Source: Podarcis liolepis (Eukaryota). From it: a stretch of 64,000 nucleotides of DNA. Both the position numbers and the translations under genes were made by a program. The notes below the pieces were generated by a model. That model did not search any database and was not told the DNA's origin. It saw only the letters and a list, made by a program, of their open reading frames with translations. Location of the stretch: NCBI GenBank assembly GCA_965112155.1, contig OZ218098.1; one strand, 5' to 3'. Position 1 is the stretch's first letter. Each line of letters opens with the position of its first letter. Shown one piece after another: positions 35,791 through 48,642 of this stretch.

Positions 35791-37079
35791 ATCTCTCAAC
35801 CTCTCCAAGCATTTTGTTGTTGCTGCTTGCATCTCACGTCCACTGCCTTGGAATTCAGGAATCACCAACAGGAGATGAAATGGTCAATTTGGTTCTGGAT
35901 TGTGTTGTTTCAAATTGGAACTCAATTGTGTGTGTTAATCCTCCAGAAAAGGAGCATGTTTGGGAGACAGCAAAGCTACGAGCCTCCCTCCCCCCCCCCC
36001 CCCACAACTAGTTTTCAGTGTGCAAGGTGTGTTGGTATCCCATAATGACCAAACCCCTAAATGTTAACTACAGGGAGCACGCTAATAATTAATTTTAATT
36101 TTATATTTAAATCCTTGTTATATTCATATTGTCCTTTGTATTTCTGATATTTTTTTATGATCTGCGATATTGTGTGTGTTGCGGCTGGTCTGTGACCATA
36201 TTAATAAATTCATTCATTCATTCATTCATTCAAGGTGTGTGCGTGTTTTAAGTGTATTTCTTTTTTTGTGAGGACTCCTGCTCCTTGCCATCTCAAGCCC
36301 CTATGCATGTTTTATCCCTTCACCTGCCTTTTGTGAGAACTGCACTTTCCTGAAGGTTGCCAGGTGAATGTGAGAAGCCTGTGTTTGCAGAGACTTGTCT
36401 CAGACAGGGTTGCCATCAACTCTCCTCCTTGCCGTACATCCAGTGGCAAACAGGGCTTTGCTGCTGTGCATCATGTGCAAAACAGCCTCTGCACACTGAC
36501 TGTGACGGCTTGCCCAATCTCCTTTTTAGACCCTTTATGCTAAGCCAATTTACAGACCTGTCTTCAGTTCCCTTTTAGGATAGATGCTATAGTGGTATGG
36601 CTTGCATGTTTCCCTTATTTATTTCGGAAACTTATCTCTCACCGTCCTTCCATGATGGAACCCGTAACATGTTGTTTTAGTTATGATAGCAGCCTCAGGT
36701 GCCCTCAGTTCATACCTCGAGAATGTGTTTATTATAGTTATAATCCACCTTTTCTTCCAGGTTAGGGGAGAGAGAGAGAGAGAGACTGGTCCATTACTGG
36801 TAGGTAAGGCAATGCACTCTACACTGATTGCAAACTGATCACTATCTTGCGGTTGATTTCAGCCAATTTTAGATCCATCCAGCCTGTAATTCTCAGCCAG
36901 TTTCTATGCTCATGGGAGGGGTGGGAAAACCCTCATCTCCCCTTCTGTGTAAACCCAGGTTAAGGTGGCCCCATCTTCATTTCCCCTCTTTTGGTCAACA
37001 TTTTAAGCTATTCCCTGTAACACTTCAGGCTGGGCTTTTTTCAGCTGGAACATAGTTCTGGCACTTCTCAGGTGGGCAC

Positions 37080-37590
37080 TGTGGTGATCACACAGGGTCC
37101 CCGGACGTTTCACCATCTGTTGATCCCTGTGCTACCACTTTATTTCTCGCTGCCACCACCCAGGCCCTACCTGGTACAATACTGAGTCCAGTCAGGGTTA
37201 AATTGGAACATAAACTTCTGTTTATTTATTGCAGTTTAACAAGCGTGTGGTTCCATAAACGGTATCGGTCTATTACAATCATGGGGTGCCTATCCAGACC
37301 TATAACTTCCGCTACCTGCTCTCACTCACTAAACCATTTACTTGTCTTCCTAGCCCCTAACTGTTCCTGACTCCACTCATTTCGCTACACTAACTCAGCC
37401 TACCCACAGACTCTATCCCAATTCACTCCCACTCCAACCAACCACCCAACTCCCAACGAACTCACTCCCTTCACTCCCTTCTTCCCTCCCAGAGCTAGTT
37501 TTATAGTCCCTCTGACTCCACCTCCTGGGTTCTGATTGGGTAACCTGTTTAACTGTTTCACTTCCAGCACTCTCATATGTTAACGTCACA
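37080..37590 (-). mobile_element. Solo LTR
   Basis: TGT...ACA termini and 5-bp TSD ggcac/ggtac. CTATAAAA (about 37500) and AATAAA (about 37222) lie in the correct order on the minus strand. Confidence 0.65.
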
Positions 37591-37897
37591 GGTACCATTG
37601 CCATTCATGGTGAGTTCCAGTGCCTTCTCCCCCCTAGAAAAATAGTACTGGCTTCAGGGTGATTGAACTTCAACTCCCACTAGTCCATGCCAGTATGGCC
37701 CAAGAGCTACGGATCATGGGAGTTGTAGTTCAGCTACATCTGCACAGGCTCTCCATTCTTGAGTTACAGGGCCAGGTGCCATTGAGGCCACAAATCCTAC
37801 ATATCCTACCCCAGGTCAGAAGAAAAGCTCTATTAAAGTCTTGCTAGTGTATTTCCTGTGTATCTTCCACTCCATATTTCATCAGGCATGATGTTGG

Positions 37898-38250
37898 AGG
37901 GACGCAGGTGGCGCTGTGGATTAAACCACAGAGCCTAGGACTTGCCGATCAGAAGGTCGGCGGTTCGAATCTCCGCGACAGGGTGAGCTCCCGTTGCTTG
38001 GTCCCTGCTCCTGCCAACCTAGCAGTTCGAAAGCACGTCAAAGTGCAAGTAGATAAATAGGTACCATTCCAGCGGGAAGGTAAACGGCGTTTCCCTGCGC
38101 TGCTCTGGTTTGCCAGAAGCAACTTAGTCATGCTGGCCACATCACCCGAAAGCTGTACGCCGGCTCCCTCGGCCAATAAAGCGAGATGAGCGCCGCAACC
38201 CCAGAGTCGGCCACGACTGGACCTAATGGTCAGGGGTCCCTTTACCTTTA
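37898..38250 (+). mobile_element. Sauria SINE
   Basis: Full-length copy with short TSD atgttg. Confidence 0.9.
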
Positions 38251-38262
38251 ATGTTGCCCAGC

Positions 38263-38707
38263 TAGGGTTGCCACGTTTGTTCTGGCAAAATAAGGACAGG
38301 GCTGGGCTGGGCGGTTGGGGGGCGATTCCACCCCTCCAATCTGGTGCTGAAGTGACTTCAAAGCCATCCATCACAATCAATTGCAGCCTAACNNNNNNNN
38401 NNNNNNNNNNNNNNNNNNNNNNNNNNNNNNNNNNNNNNNNNNNNNNNNNNNNNNNNNNNNNNNNNNNNNNNNNNNNNNNNNNNNNNNNNNNNNNNNNNNN
38501 NNNNNNNNNNNNNNNNNNNNNNNNNGCTTGGCTACCTAGAGCTTAAACCCATGACCTTTCGTGTATTTAAACACATGCATTTGACAGAGAGCGAGGGAGA
38601 AAGAGAAGACCTGAAATACAGGGCAAACTGTGCCAATACAGGACATAGCATTTTACATTGAAATACAGGACTAATCCTGTATTATACAGGGTAGATGGCA
38701 AAACCTA
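38263..38707. mobile_element. hAT (Blackjack-like) non-autonomous element containing an N-run
   Basis: TIR TAGGGTTGCCA / TGGCAAAACCTA with perfect 8-bp TSD tgcccagc. Confidence 0.75.
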
Positions 38708-39089
38708 TGCCCAGCCTCCTTAAGATGGGAAGATGTCCCCTACTGTAGCTGCAAGCCTGCCGGCCTCCTCAGACATTTCTGTTACATCTGGCTTGCATTG
38801 CCCTTTAATGATCAACCGTCTCGTTGTGATCAAGTGAACTTTTACTAATCTCTGCCCCCCTCCCTTTATTTTTTTTGGGGGTGGTGGTGGTGGTGGAATA
38901 GATGCAGTATTTCATCAATGGATTTGGGGAGCCAATCAGGCAGCCACAGCGTAGAGGCTCTGAGTAACTTAAGTCAACTGTAAAGAGTTCAGGGAGGGTC
39001 TAATTACAGAGGAAGGGAAAACTGCTCACTTTAGCATAACCTAGGATCTCTCTCTGTTGCAAACTCCCCTCTTTTTTCTTCTAGAAAAA

Positions 39090-39143
<54 letters not shown>

Positions 39144-39241
39144 AGAGGTCAAGAAGTAGCAGCCACTCCACCTCTGGTGAACTTTAGCAGCTCCAAGCCT
39201 GCTAGATTCTTGCAACCAAGCACAGCAATTCACCAAGGAGG

Positions 39242-39288
<47 letters not shown>

Positions 39289-39978
39289 TTGCATCTTGGC
39301 CCTGCCGTTAAATGAGCCATTATCAGGAGAAGCTGCAATAATGCATACAGTCACTTGAAAAGAAAAGCTGCTTTCCTTGGCGAATACACCTATTATTTCA
39401 GCGGCACTCCAAGAGTGTTTCAATAGTGTCCAGGTTTGTTGCTTATTTGAAATACATTTGAATTGAATACATAGACACTGAGGCTTAAAGCGGGGTGGCG
39501 GGGGAGGGGAGGGGGGAAGGTGGAATAGAAAGGAAGAAAAACGGAAAAGGGGGGAGGAAAGTTGGTGGGGTGGGGTGGTGGGGGGAAAGCCGCCAACACA
39601 TTTTCGCTTGAGATATATGCCTGAAGTTCTCATTAAACTTGCCATTTGGAAAAAGACAGATTAAAGGGAAATGGCTTTTTGAGAAAAATAGACCTGGAAA
39701 TGATTTTGGCCCCTTCTGACCTAGAAAAGGCAGATTTGACAGCTACACAAAGATATTAGTCACGGGTAGGATTTCCTGGCAGGCGTCTTTGCACAGTTTC
39801 TGTGGCTGGACCTGAGAGGCACACCTTCAGAGACAACCTTGGGATTTTTGTTTCCCCCCACCCCCAGAACACTGCTTTTTGCTTGATACTCTTAAATCAG
39901 GGGCATCAAACACAAGGCGTGTGAATTTTAGGGGGGATCCCCCACATGGCTTACCAGAACACCCCATATACTACAATA

Positions 39979-40331
39979 GTAAAGGTAAAGGGGCCCCTGA
40001 CCATTAGGTCCAGTTGTGACCGACTCTGGGGTTGCGGCGCTCATCTCGCTTTATTGGCCGAGGGAGCTGGCATCCAGCTTTTGGGTCATGTGGCCAGCAT
40101 GACTAAGCCGCTTCTGGCGAACCAGAGCAGCGCACGGAAACGCCGTTTACCTTCCCGCTGGAGCGGTACCTATTTATCTACTTGCACTTTGACGTGCTTT
40201 CGAACTGCTAGGTTGGCAGGAGCAGGGACCGAGCAACGGGAGCTCACCCCGTCGCGGGGATTCGAACCGCTGACCTTCTGATCGGCAAGTCCTAGGCTCT
40301 GTGGTTTAACCCACAGCGCCATCCACATCCC
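39979..40331 (-). mobile_element. Sauria SINE
   Basis: Full-length reverse copy with TSD atatactacaata/atatacttcaata. Confidence 0.9.
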
Positions 40332-40744
40332 TTATATACTTCAATAAATATGTCCATTTCCTAGGTGCCATAAGGATATCTCTTTCTGGTATTTGCTGTA
40401 GCAGACCAACAGATCTGTTCCTTTGGAATCTGTTACATCTGTTAATGAACTATTTTCAGAGGCAGGCAGTAATGCTCTCAGCTAACCCACCAATTGCTGG
40501 TGCATCAGACCTTGCACCTTTCCAATTAAATTAGCAGCATGGGGGAAGAAGGTCTTGGTGCAAGCAGAGGACATGCATTCCCTTTCTCCCAGCAGCTGTT
40601 CACAGCACATCATTTAAGAGGGCCGCCTCCCCAACACACCAGAGAAGTGTCAGGTGGTTTCAGGTGATGGTGGGAGGACAGATAATGTTCCTTCCATGAA
40701 CTTCTGCAAGTTGATTAATCTTAAAATCTTGGCCTCTGGTTTTA

Positions 40745-41070
40745 TTTTTTATTTTTTATTTTTTAAATATAAATCTCTATTAATATAAAATACAACCATA
40801 CAGTAAAGGTAAGTATAACAAAATTAAGCACAAAAAAGAAAAAAGAAGAAAAAAAGGGATTTGTCACCTCAGAAAGGTCAAAAAAAAGTTTAAGAGTAAC
40901 AAAAAAGAGAAAAAAAGTCAATTAAAAGAACCACATATTTATACTACATCATGTCTTATCCAATAAAGTTTTCTGTGAAAAACTTCCAATCGTTCTCATT
41001 ATACTTTTTCTATTGGAATATATGGAAAAAGATGTAAAACAAACTGTGCGACAAAATCAAGACAAAATCA
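40745..41070 (-). mobile_element. 5'-truncated non-LTR retroinsertion (L1/Tx1-like 3' end)
   Basis: 14-bp TSD ggcctctggtttta (40731-40744 and 41071-41084) and a (TTTTTTA)n A-rich tail on the minus strand. Family assignment is tentative. Confidence 0.55.
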
Positions 41071-41316
41071 GGCCTCTGGTTTTAAGCAGATGATGATAAT
41101 AATTCATTATTTTGCCCTTCTTCCACGGAGTTCAAAACATGGTCCATAGCTCCCCTCTCCATATCTTAGCGTCAAATCAACCCTGTGAAAGGTTGGTTAG
41201 GCTGAGAAACTATGACTAACTTCCAAGTGTTTATTTGGTTTGGCATTTCCCTTTGATGTTTTAATATATGTGTGTCTATCTTACGCATATGATAAACATC
41301 TAAGAATGTCGTCACG

Positions 41317-41349
41317 CTGCAGTTCACGCAGCTGCCAACAGGTGGCTCT
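41317..41349 (+). promoter_or_regulatory. CTCF-like motif with upstream module
   Basis: CTGCAGTTC-9 nt-CCAACAGGTGGCTC: a near-consensus core with a correctly spaced TGCAG upstream motif. Confidence 0.5.
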
Positions 41350-41681
41350 GTGAAATACAGTATGATGTAACTGTCTCCCTCTCTCCAAACCCCTAAGTGT
41401 CAGAGGGTGATCAGGAGAAAAGTGGTGACCCAGGCAAGCTGAGGGATTGGGGGGGGGGACAAGCTGTGCAATAATGCCCAGTAAAGTGGCACAGGTGGAA
41501 CTCAGCTGTTCTTCTGGCTTGCTCATTGAGAGGGAGAGGGGTGAGGGGCAAGGAGCTCAATGCAGTGCATGGCAGCAGGAGCATCAGACTGGCTCTGCTG
41601 CTATATGCTACACTCCCCATGCCTGACACTTGCCCTTCTTGGCAAGTGGCAATGACCTGCAATGTTGGGAAGCCAGGAGAG

Positions 41682-42254
41682 TGTGATGGCCTGGGATTCA
41701 GACTCAGAGGCTAAACCTGAGGAATCCCAGCCTGCACAGGAGTCCCCGCCTCCAGAACCAGCTAAGCCGGGGCTGGGGCCTGAGCCTGAAGGGTCCTCAC
41801 CTGTGCTGGCTCCTCAGGTGCAGGCACCAGTGGAGCCTGCTCTGGCTCCTGAGGTGATGGAGGACCCATTGCCTGCAGGTGCTCCACTCTCAGCCCCGTC
41901 AGAGGAAGCCGGTAACCCTCCAGCCTCTCCTGAGCTGCAGAGGCTCAGGGCAGAGAGGCGGAGGGGACTAAGTTCCCTCAGGAGGAGTGCTCGCCTCCAG
42001 GCCAGGAGAGGCGAGTCATCTGAGGACCAGGGCCACCCTATGCCTCGGGGCAGATAAAAGCCAGCCAGTCCCAGGTTGCGGGAGCAACATTGTTGGTAGC
42101 CTGTTCCTGCCTGTCCTGCTCTTCTGCCAGAGTTCCTGATCCCACCCGACTCCCTGCCTTGGACCCAGCTTCAGCCTTGATGGACAGCCTCCATACCACA
42201 CCCTCGACCTCAGACTCGGACCTCACCGCATGGTTAACTCTTGGGACCAGCACA
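41682..42254 (+). mobile_element. Solo LTR (probably Gypsy-type) with an internal ORF
   Basis: TGTGATGGCC...GGACCAGCACA termini, perfect 5-bp TSD GAGAG and a TATA-like GATAAAAG at about 42053. Confidence 0.75.
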
Positions 42255-42899
42255 GAGAGCAACAGAGCCCTACCCACCTCACATCACCAGCCACTACTGC
42301 AGTGGTGGTGGTTTGGTGAGATGTAAGTGAAAGAGGGGTGTGGGGTTTTTTTTGAAGCTATTAGGGGAAGAGGAATGTGGTATTTTTGGAGAACTGTAAC
42401 AAGAAGTGGGGCCGAGCAAGCGGTAACGGGAAGGTTATTTGGGGGCAAGGTTTAAGGGTGTGGCTAGTTCTCTGTCTTTGGCTGCAGGCATTGTGTCTCT
42501 GTGCATTTCAGAGACACATTGCTTCTCTCTTTTATGTTAGTTCTACATGGCTTGTGCCCCCTAAAGGACAGGAGGATACACAGCACATGTCGTTCAATGT
42601 TGCGGAAAGAGAAACTTTCAACTGGTGTTACTGACTTGACACAGATTTTTGTGGGGTACAGAAATGGGCAAAAAAATGGTGGGATGGAGTGAGGTGGACT
42701 TATTTATATTCCACATAGAGAGAAAAGGATAACCCCGTTAAATCAAAACGATGCTAACCAAAGGTACTTTTGTAACTGTAGCAGTGATAGAAATAGTGAC
42801 TCATTTTCTTCTTCCTGTTCCCCCCTCCCCAAAACCATGGCTTCTATAAATAAAATAATAGAAAATATTATACCATGTCTCCAATATATTGTAATTTTT

Positions 42900-43250
42900 G
42901 TACAGTTCATGAAATGGATGAGATTTTAAGTCTCCACCTTCACAATTTCATAGGAACGTTACACAGTGGTCAAAAGTTACAACTCTTTACAACTATTACA
43001 TCATTACTGTGTTACACCAGCATGTCTGGTAATTATAACAGATACAAATAATACGAAATGTTGGAGAAACTGTAATCGGAACGGTGTGTATGTTCACATG
43101 TGGTGGCTATGTCCTGTTGTATCACAGTTCTGGAATATGATGTTTGCAGAACTGGAAGACATTACATATAAAACTGTCAATATACATCAGCATTAGTTCT
43201 TTTAACAAATTGGGAGGAACAAAATGAGAAAGTGATATCTCGGCTTGTAT
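42900..43250 (+). mobile_element. L1/Tx1 LINE ORF2 C-terminal remnant
   Basis: ORF 42966..43196 contains the CCHC knuckle KCWRNC..NGVYVHMWWLCP..SQFW. Confidence 0.7.
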
Positions 43251-43254
43251 AAGA

Positions 43255-43487
43255 GTTTGGATTTGATATCCCGCTTTATCACTACCCTAAGGAGTCTCAA
43301 AGCGGCTAACAATCTCCTTTTCCCTTCCTCCCCCACAACAAACACTCTGTGAGGTGAGTGGGGCTGAGAGACTTCAGAGAAGTGTGACTGGCCCAAGGTC
43401 ACCCAGCAGCTGCATGTGGAGGAGCGGAGACGTGAACCCGGTTCCCCAGATTATGAGACTACCGCTCTTAACCACTACATCACACTC
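43255..43487 (-). mobile_element. tRNA-derived CORE-type squamate SINE (Squam3-like)
   Basis: Reverse complement of 44771-45003. Confidence 0.8.
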
Positions 43488-44300
43488 TTGTAGAGTAATA
43501 ATTGATTTTTTGGGGGGGAAACTGCAGAACTTTGGACATTGCCTCCCCCAAGTTCTATGGCTTAAATATAACAGATAACAGGGTCACTTATATTTCCAAA
43601 TTAATAATTCCAGTCCAACGCTTTTCTGTTTCCCCAGCTTTTGTCAAGGGCAGTTATTTATACATCCCCAGAAGCGATAGACATTGCGGATGTTCTTTGA
43701 ATGTGCTGGACACAGTAGAACATACTCTTTTTTTGCTGTCCATTGTACAACCAGCTATCAGATTCTGACATTAACCTGGAAGTAACTGTAAAGGTGGCCG
43801 AGTTTTTATCAATAGTATCTCTTAGAGTGGTGAAGGGCACTATTTAGCAGGAAGAAACCCCAATGAAAACCCTCGTTATTACGTATTTTTCCATGGCTGT
43901 TTATCTGTATATATTTTAAAATGTTATATATGGCTGTTTTATGATGGCCTATATTTGTAGTGCCTAATAAAGGTTTGGCAGAGTAAGTAAGCAAGCTAAA
44001 GCAGTAAAATTGACATACCAACTTAAATTAGCTAAAGGCAAAGTTAAAATATTTGATTTTTACATAGTGTGGTATGATTTTATTTCATATGCAAATCAGA
44101 ACAAATGTAGCAACATTTATCAAAGCCTTTCCTCAGCTTATGGAAAATAGACTAAGCAGAAACGGTAATATTATGATGGATGTGTATAGAAAAACTCCCA
44201 AGTTGCCAATAGATCTTACATATATTTTTATCTACATATATTTTCCAAGAAGAAAAATATGTAAAACACATTATCTTCTGTTAGTAATTACAATATGCAA

Positions 44301-44301
44301 T

Positions 44302-44355
<54 letters not shown>
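44301..44355. repeat. (TTTC)n microsatellite
   Basis: Direct read. Confidence 0.95.
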
Positions 44356-44357
<2 letters not shown>

Positions 44358-44463
44358 TTTGGATTTTTTTTGTAAAGAGGAAACTTTTCTCCAAGACCCA
44401 GTATTTGTTATTAAAACAAAGCGCCAGATCTCTCTGAAGACAACAGCTGTTAATTTCGAACTA

Positions 44464-44608
44464 CAGTGGTACCTCGGGTTACATACGCTTCAGGTTACAG
44501 ACTCTGCTAACCCAGAAATAGTGCTTCAGGTTAAGAAATTTGCTTCAGGATGAGAACAGAAATCCTGCTCTGGCGGCGTGGCAGCAGTGGGAGGTCCCAT
44601 TAGCTAAA
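44464..44608. mobile_element. Truncated CAGTGGTACCTC-family MITE
   Basis: One TIR and half the body, in reverse orientation. Confidence 0.75.
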
Positions 44609-44770
44609 GGGACTCAGGGATGAGGAACCAATAGCCTTCCAGATGTTCTTCTCTGGGATTCTATGTCCTGTCATCCCTGAACTTTGACCTTGCTGGCTGC
44701 AGTGGATGGGAGCTGGAGCCAATAACATTGGGAGGGCCACAGGTTTCTAACCAATCGGGGAACAGCCCAG

Positions 44771-45095
44771 CCAGTGTGGTGTAGTGGTTAAGAGTGGTAG
44801 TCTCGTAATCTGGGGAACCGGGTTCACGTCTCCGCTCCTCCACATGCAGCTGCTGGGTGACCTTGGGACAGTCACACTTCTCTGAAGTCTCTCAGCCCCA
44901 CTCACCTCACAGAGTGTTTGCTGTGGGGGAGGAAGGGAAAGGAGAATGTTAGCCGCTTTGAGACTCCTTAAAGGGAGTGAAAGGCGGGATATCAATCCAA
45001 ACTCCTCCTCCTCCTCCTCCTCCTCCTCCTCCTCCTCCTCCTCCTCTTCTTCTTCTTCTTCTTCTTCTTCTTCTTCTTCTTCTTCTTCTTCTTCC
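44771..45095 (+). mobile_element. Squam3-like SINE with a (CTC)n(TTC)n tail
   Basis: A-box tggtgtagtggtta, B-box gggttcacgtct, CORE-like gggtgaccttggg...ctctcagcc and a microsatellite tail. Confidence 0.8.
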
Positions 45096-45826
45096 TTAAA
45101 ACTGAGGATGAAAACAGTTTGGCTGAGACATGTTTGTTTAAAAAATAGCTGGCAAACTTCTATGTGTCTGTGTGCAGAGATCGACCTACCTGCTTACCAA
45201 CCTATCTATCCTTATATCAAAATGTTCTCCTTGATTTATAGGAGGAAACAATCCTAATCACAGCTATTCTTGTATGGTGACAAGGCTAAGGTGAAGGAAT
45301 CTGACTGCGCCTGTCTCTCAGATGCCCCACACCTTTGAATGTCATCATGAGATAAAGGTGGAGTAAAAATGTAATAATGAAATAAAGCAAAGATAAAACT
45401 CAGGATTGTCCCCAGTTGTGCTAGCCAGAAACTGCAAGGGAAAACTTTGCAGGATTAAGGGTGATCTAACACCGAAGGTATTAATTACAAGTTCCACAAA
45501 ATAATTCAAGCCAGCTTTTCATTCAGACCATAGGGTTGAACCAAATTTAGTGTACATAAATACCCAGAAGGATTCCTTTTGTAGGAATACCATCTCAATA
45601 TTGCTTTGATTAAATCCATATGTTTCACTCCTGCTATTTTTTTAAATAAAATAAAAAAGAACCAATCACAGAATTCTCCTCTTCCAAAAAGCGATGCAAT
45701 AAGGGAACTTCTCCATTAGTCATCAGTCTAATTATATTCTAACGTCCACACTTCTGAACTTTTAGGGGGGTCACTGTGTCTTTCCCGTGTAGTGAACTGG
45801 TGAATTGTTCTGCAGATCACATTTAA

Positions 45827-46177
45827 GTAAAGGTAAAGGGACACCTGACCATTAGGTCCAGTCGCAGACGACTGGGGTTGCGGCGCTCATCTCGCTTAAT
45901 TGGCCGAGGGAGCCGGCGTACAGCTTCCAGGCCATGTGGCCAGCATGACTAAACCACTTCTGGAGAACCAGAGCAGTGCACGGAAACACCGTTTACCTTC
46001 CCGCTGGAGTGGTACCTATTTACCTACTTGCACTTTGACGTGCTTTCGAACTGCTAGGTGGGCAGGAGCAGGGACCGAGCAACGGGAGCTCACCCCATTA
46101 CAAGGATTCAAACCGCCGACCTTCTGATCGGCAAGTCCTAGGCTCTGTGGTTTAACCCACAGCACCATCCGTGTCCG
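45827..46177 (-). mobile_element. Sauria SINE
   Basis: Perfect 15-bp TSD tgcagatcacattta. Confidence 0.92.
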
Positions 46178-46202
46178 TGCAGATCACATTTACACTCCTG
46201 TA

Positions 46203-46320
46203 AAAAGGTAAAGGGACCCCTGACCATTAGGTCCAGTTGCGGACGACTCTGGGGTTGCACTTTGCTGGCCCAGGGAGCCGGCGTACAGCTTCCGGGTCAT
46301 GTGGCCAGCAGGACTAAGTC
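46203..46320 (-). mobile_element. 5'-truncated Sauria SINE
   Basis: 3' third only, with an internal deletion. Confidence 0.75.
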
Positions 46321-48199
46321 TTACCGGAATAGTGGTGCTGGGGCAGTCTGCTCCCTCCACACTCCCGTTCCTCCACCAGTGAAGGTATCGTGGTGGCCCC
46401 CCGGTCACGAGCTGCGCACCCCCCCATGGGCCTGGCACCATGCCCCCACAGGCGGCATGTCATGCCCCCAGAATGCTTGCCATACCCTTGCAAGTGGCAT
46501 ACCACGCCCCCGGGGTACACGCCACGCCCCCCCCCGTTCCCTGCACCTGGTAGCAGAGCATGCAGCTTCGCCACTGCTTACCTTGAGCGTTCATGGGCCC
46601 AGGTTTCAAGATGAGTGCCTGAGTGCAGGGAAATGAGGGAAGAAGATTCAGCTCCCCTCAACCACACACATCTTTTTGCTGCGAAACTTAAGACTCTGTC
46701 TTGTGCTCGATAACTGAATTGGGCACACATGTAAACTGTGAACATGCAGCTACCCTGGTCACATCACAGCTGCCGCTGTGTTTCCTAAGACACTAACCTC
46801 TTCATCATAAGTGCATTGATTGGATGAAGGTCTCACCGGTGTTCACGGGATTCAATTCTAGAAACCTGTATCTGAGACTATACCCAATCTGCCCTCTCTT
46901 CAGAATGGATTGCAATTGGCAGGCATCCTTGCTACCAGCCAGGTTTTGCACCGTCGTCGCAGCTGTGTTTATCTAGAGATGCAAATACGATGACGGAGTT
47001 CAACCTGAGAGTTTTGATCTGATCTTCTTTTAGGACCAAGCAAGGGTTGATTTGGTCATGGAACCCAATCCGGAATGACTCTGGGCTGATGTGAACCTCT
47101 CTCCGGTACAGCGCTGCTCCAGCATCTCATCCTAATCTCTCGCTTATACGTTTAAGCAAGGTTTAGGATTGTGCTGGCGGAGAGCGGGGCAATTTTGTAT
47201 TCCCTTTCCCCATTTGCATTCTGTGCACACAAACGTGATAATTTCACATTTGGGAGGTGGGGAAAAGTCAAATATAGTTTACTCATTGATATGAAAATTT
47301 CATGAACTCTACTTTCCCCAGTACTACATATTCAACGGAACTAATTACCGGAGCTATTTACATCCGTAAGATTTTCTGTGCATCCAGAAAGGACAGAAAC
47401 ATCCCTCCCCAAATGAAAATGTTGATTTTTAAAAAATCAGTGTTTTTGATCTCTTTAAACAGCGTTACAATCTTGTGCATTCATAATCTCAGATATATGC
47501 AAATATTTCCGTCACAGGTTGAATGTGGCAAGTAGGTCTTCCTTCTGTGTTGTGGCCGCGATCCGACACCTTTCTGTGTAGAGATTTGTTCCCTCCGTTA
47601 TTACGAACTTGTTGGTGGCAGCTGCGGGGTTAAAAATGAACCGCACTCAGCCTCAGAGGGGGCAAATGTAGGGCTTCCTTGGACCCTGCACAGAGTATCA
47701 AACAGCCCTGATAGTACAGTTCACCTTCGTTTCCCCTGAAAAAGCGACCAGTGCTGTCACAGCCATCCATCTGGTCCACTGGGAATAACTAGTGGGAGGA
47801 GAACCAATGATTTTTTAATGGTGTGTGCTTTTGACCTTTCGCTACACGGCTCTATTTAATTTCTCCCTATCATTACTGTTTTGGCACCATCCTTGCATTT
47901 CACATACATCTCCTACGTGGAACGTACTATCTCACTGCCTCCATGCAGCATTGGCAAGAGCTGATTCTGTGGGCCTTGCTTGTTTTGCGTGTTTCATGCC
48001 ACTCTGGCAATCTCCCACAATTGTGCCCCTGTGTCCGCCTACAATGTCAAGACAAAGCTTTGCCATGTTGGTATAATAGCAGGGCTTGTGGAGTTCTACT
48101 GGCTGGAACAGAAACTAGTTTCCTTCCGCAGAAATGAAAATATTGGGAAGAAAAAAACCAGTTTCCTCCTAAGAATTTGTAAATGGCGAATGTCAAATA

Positions 48200-48642
48200 C
48201 AGTGGTACCTCAGGTTAAGTACTTAATTCATTCCGGGAGGTCCATTCTTAACCTGAAACTGTTCTTAACTTGAAGCACCACTTTACCTAATGGGGCCTCC
48301 TGCTGCTGCCGCGCCACTGGAACCCGATTTCTGTTCTCATCCTGAAGCAAAGTTCTTAACCTGAAGCACTATTTCTGGGTTAGCAGAGTGTGTAACCTGA
48401 AGCGTATGTAACCTGAGGTAGCACTGTATAGTTACAGACGCTTCAGGTTACAGACTCCGCTAACCCAGAAATAGTACCTCGGGTTAAGAACTTTGCTTCA
48501 GGATAAGAACAGAAATCGTGCTCTGGCGGCGCGGCAGCAGTGGGAGGCCCCATGAGCTAAAGTGGTACCTCAGGTTAAGAACAGTTTCAGGTTAAGAACG
48601 GACCTCCAGAACAAATTAAGTTCGTAATTCGAGGTAGCACTG
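48200..48642. mobile_element. Two adjacent, oppositely oriented CAGTGGTACCTC-family MITEs
   Basis: 48200-48426 forward; 48431-48642 reverse and missing its outer TIR. Confidence 0.8.

Noticed and set aside
39490-39590. G-rich run with quadruplex potential
   Set aside because: G-runs are common throughout the window and there is no independent sign of function.
39946-40281. Recurrent ORFs with KVKGPLTIRSS...TCTLTCF
   Set aside because: Translations of Sauria SINE copies, not a gene family.
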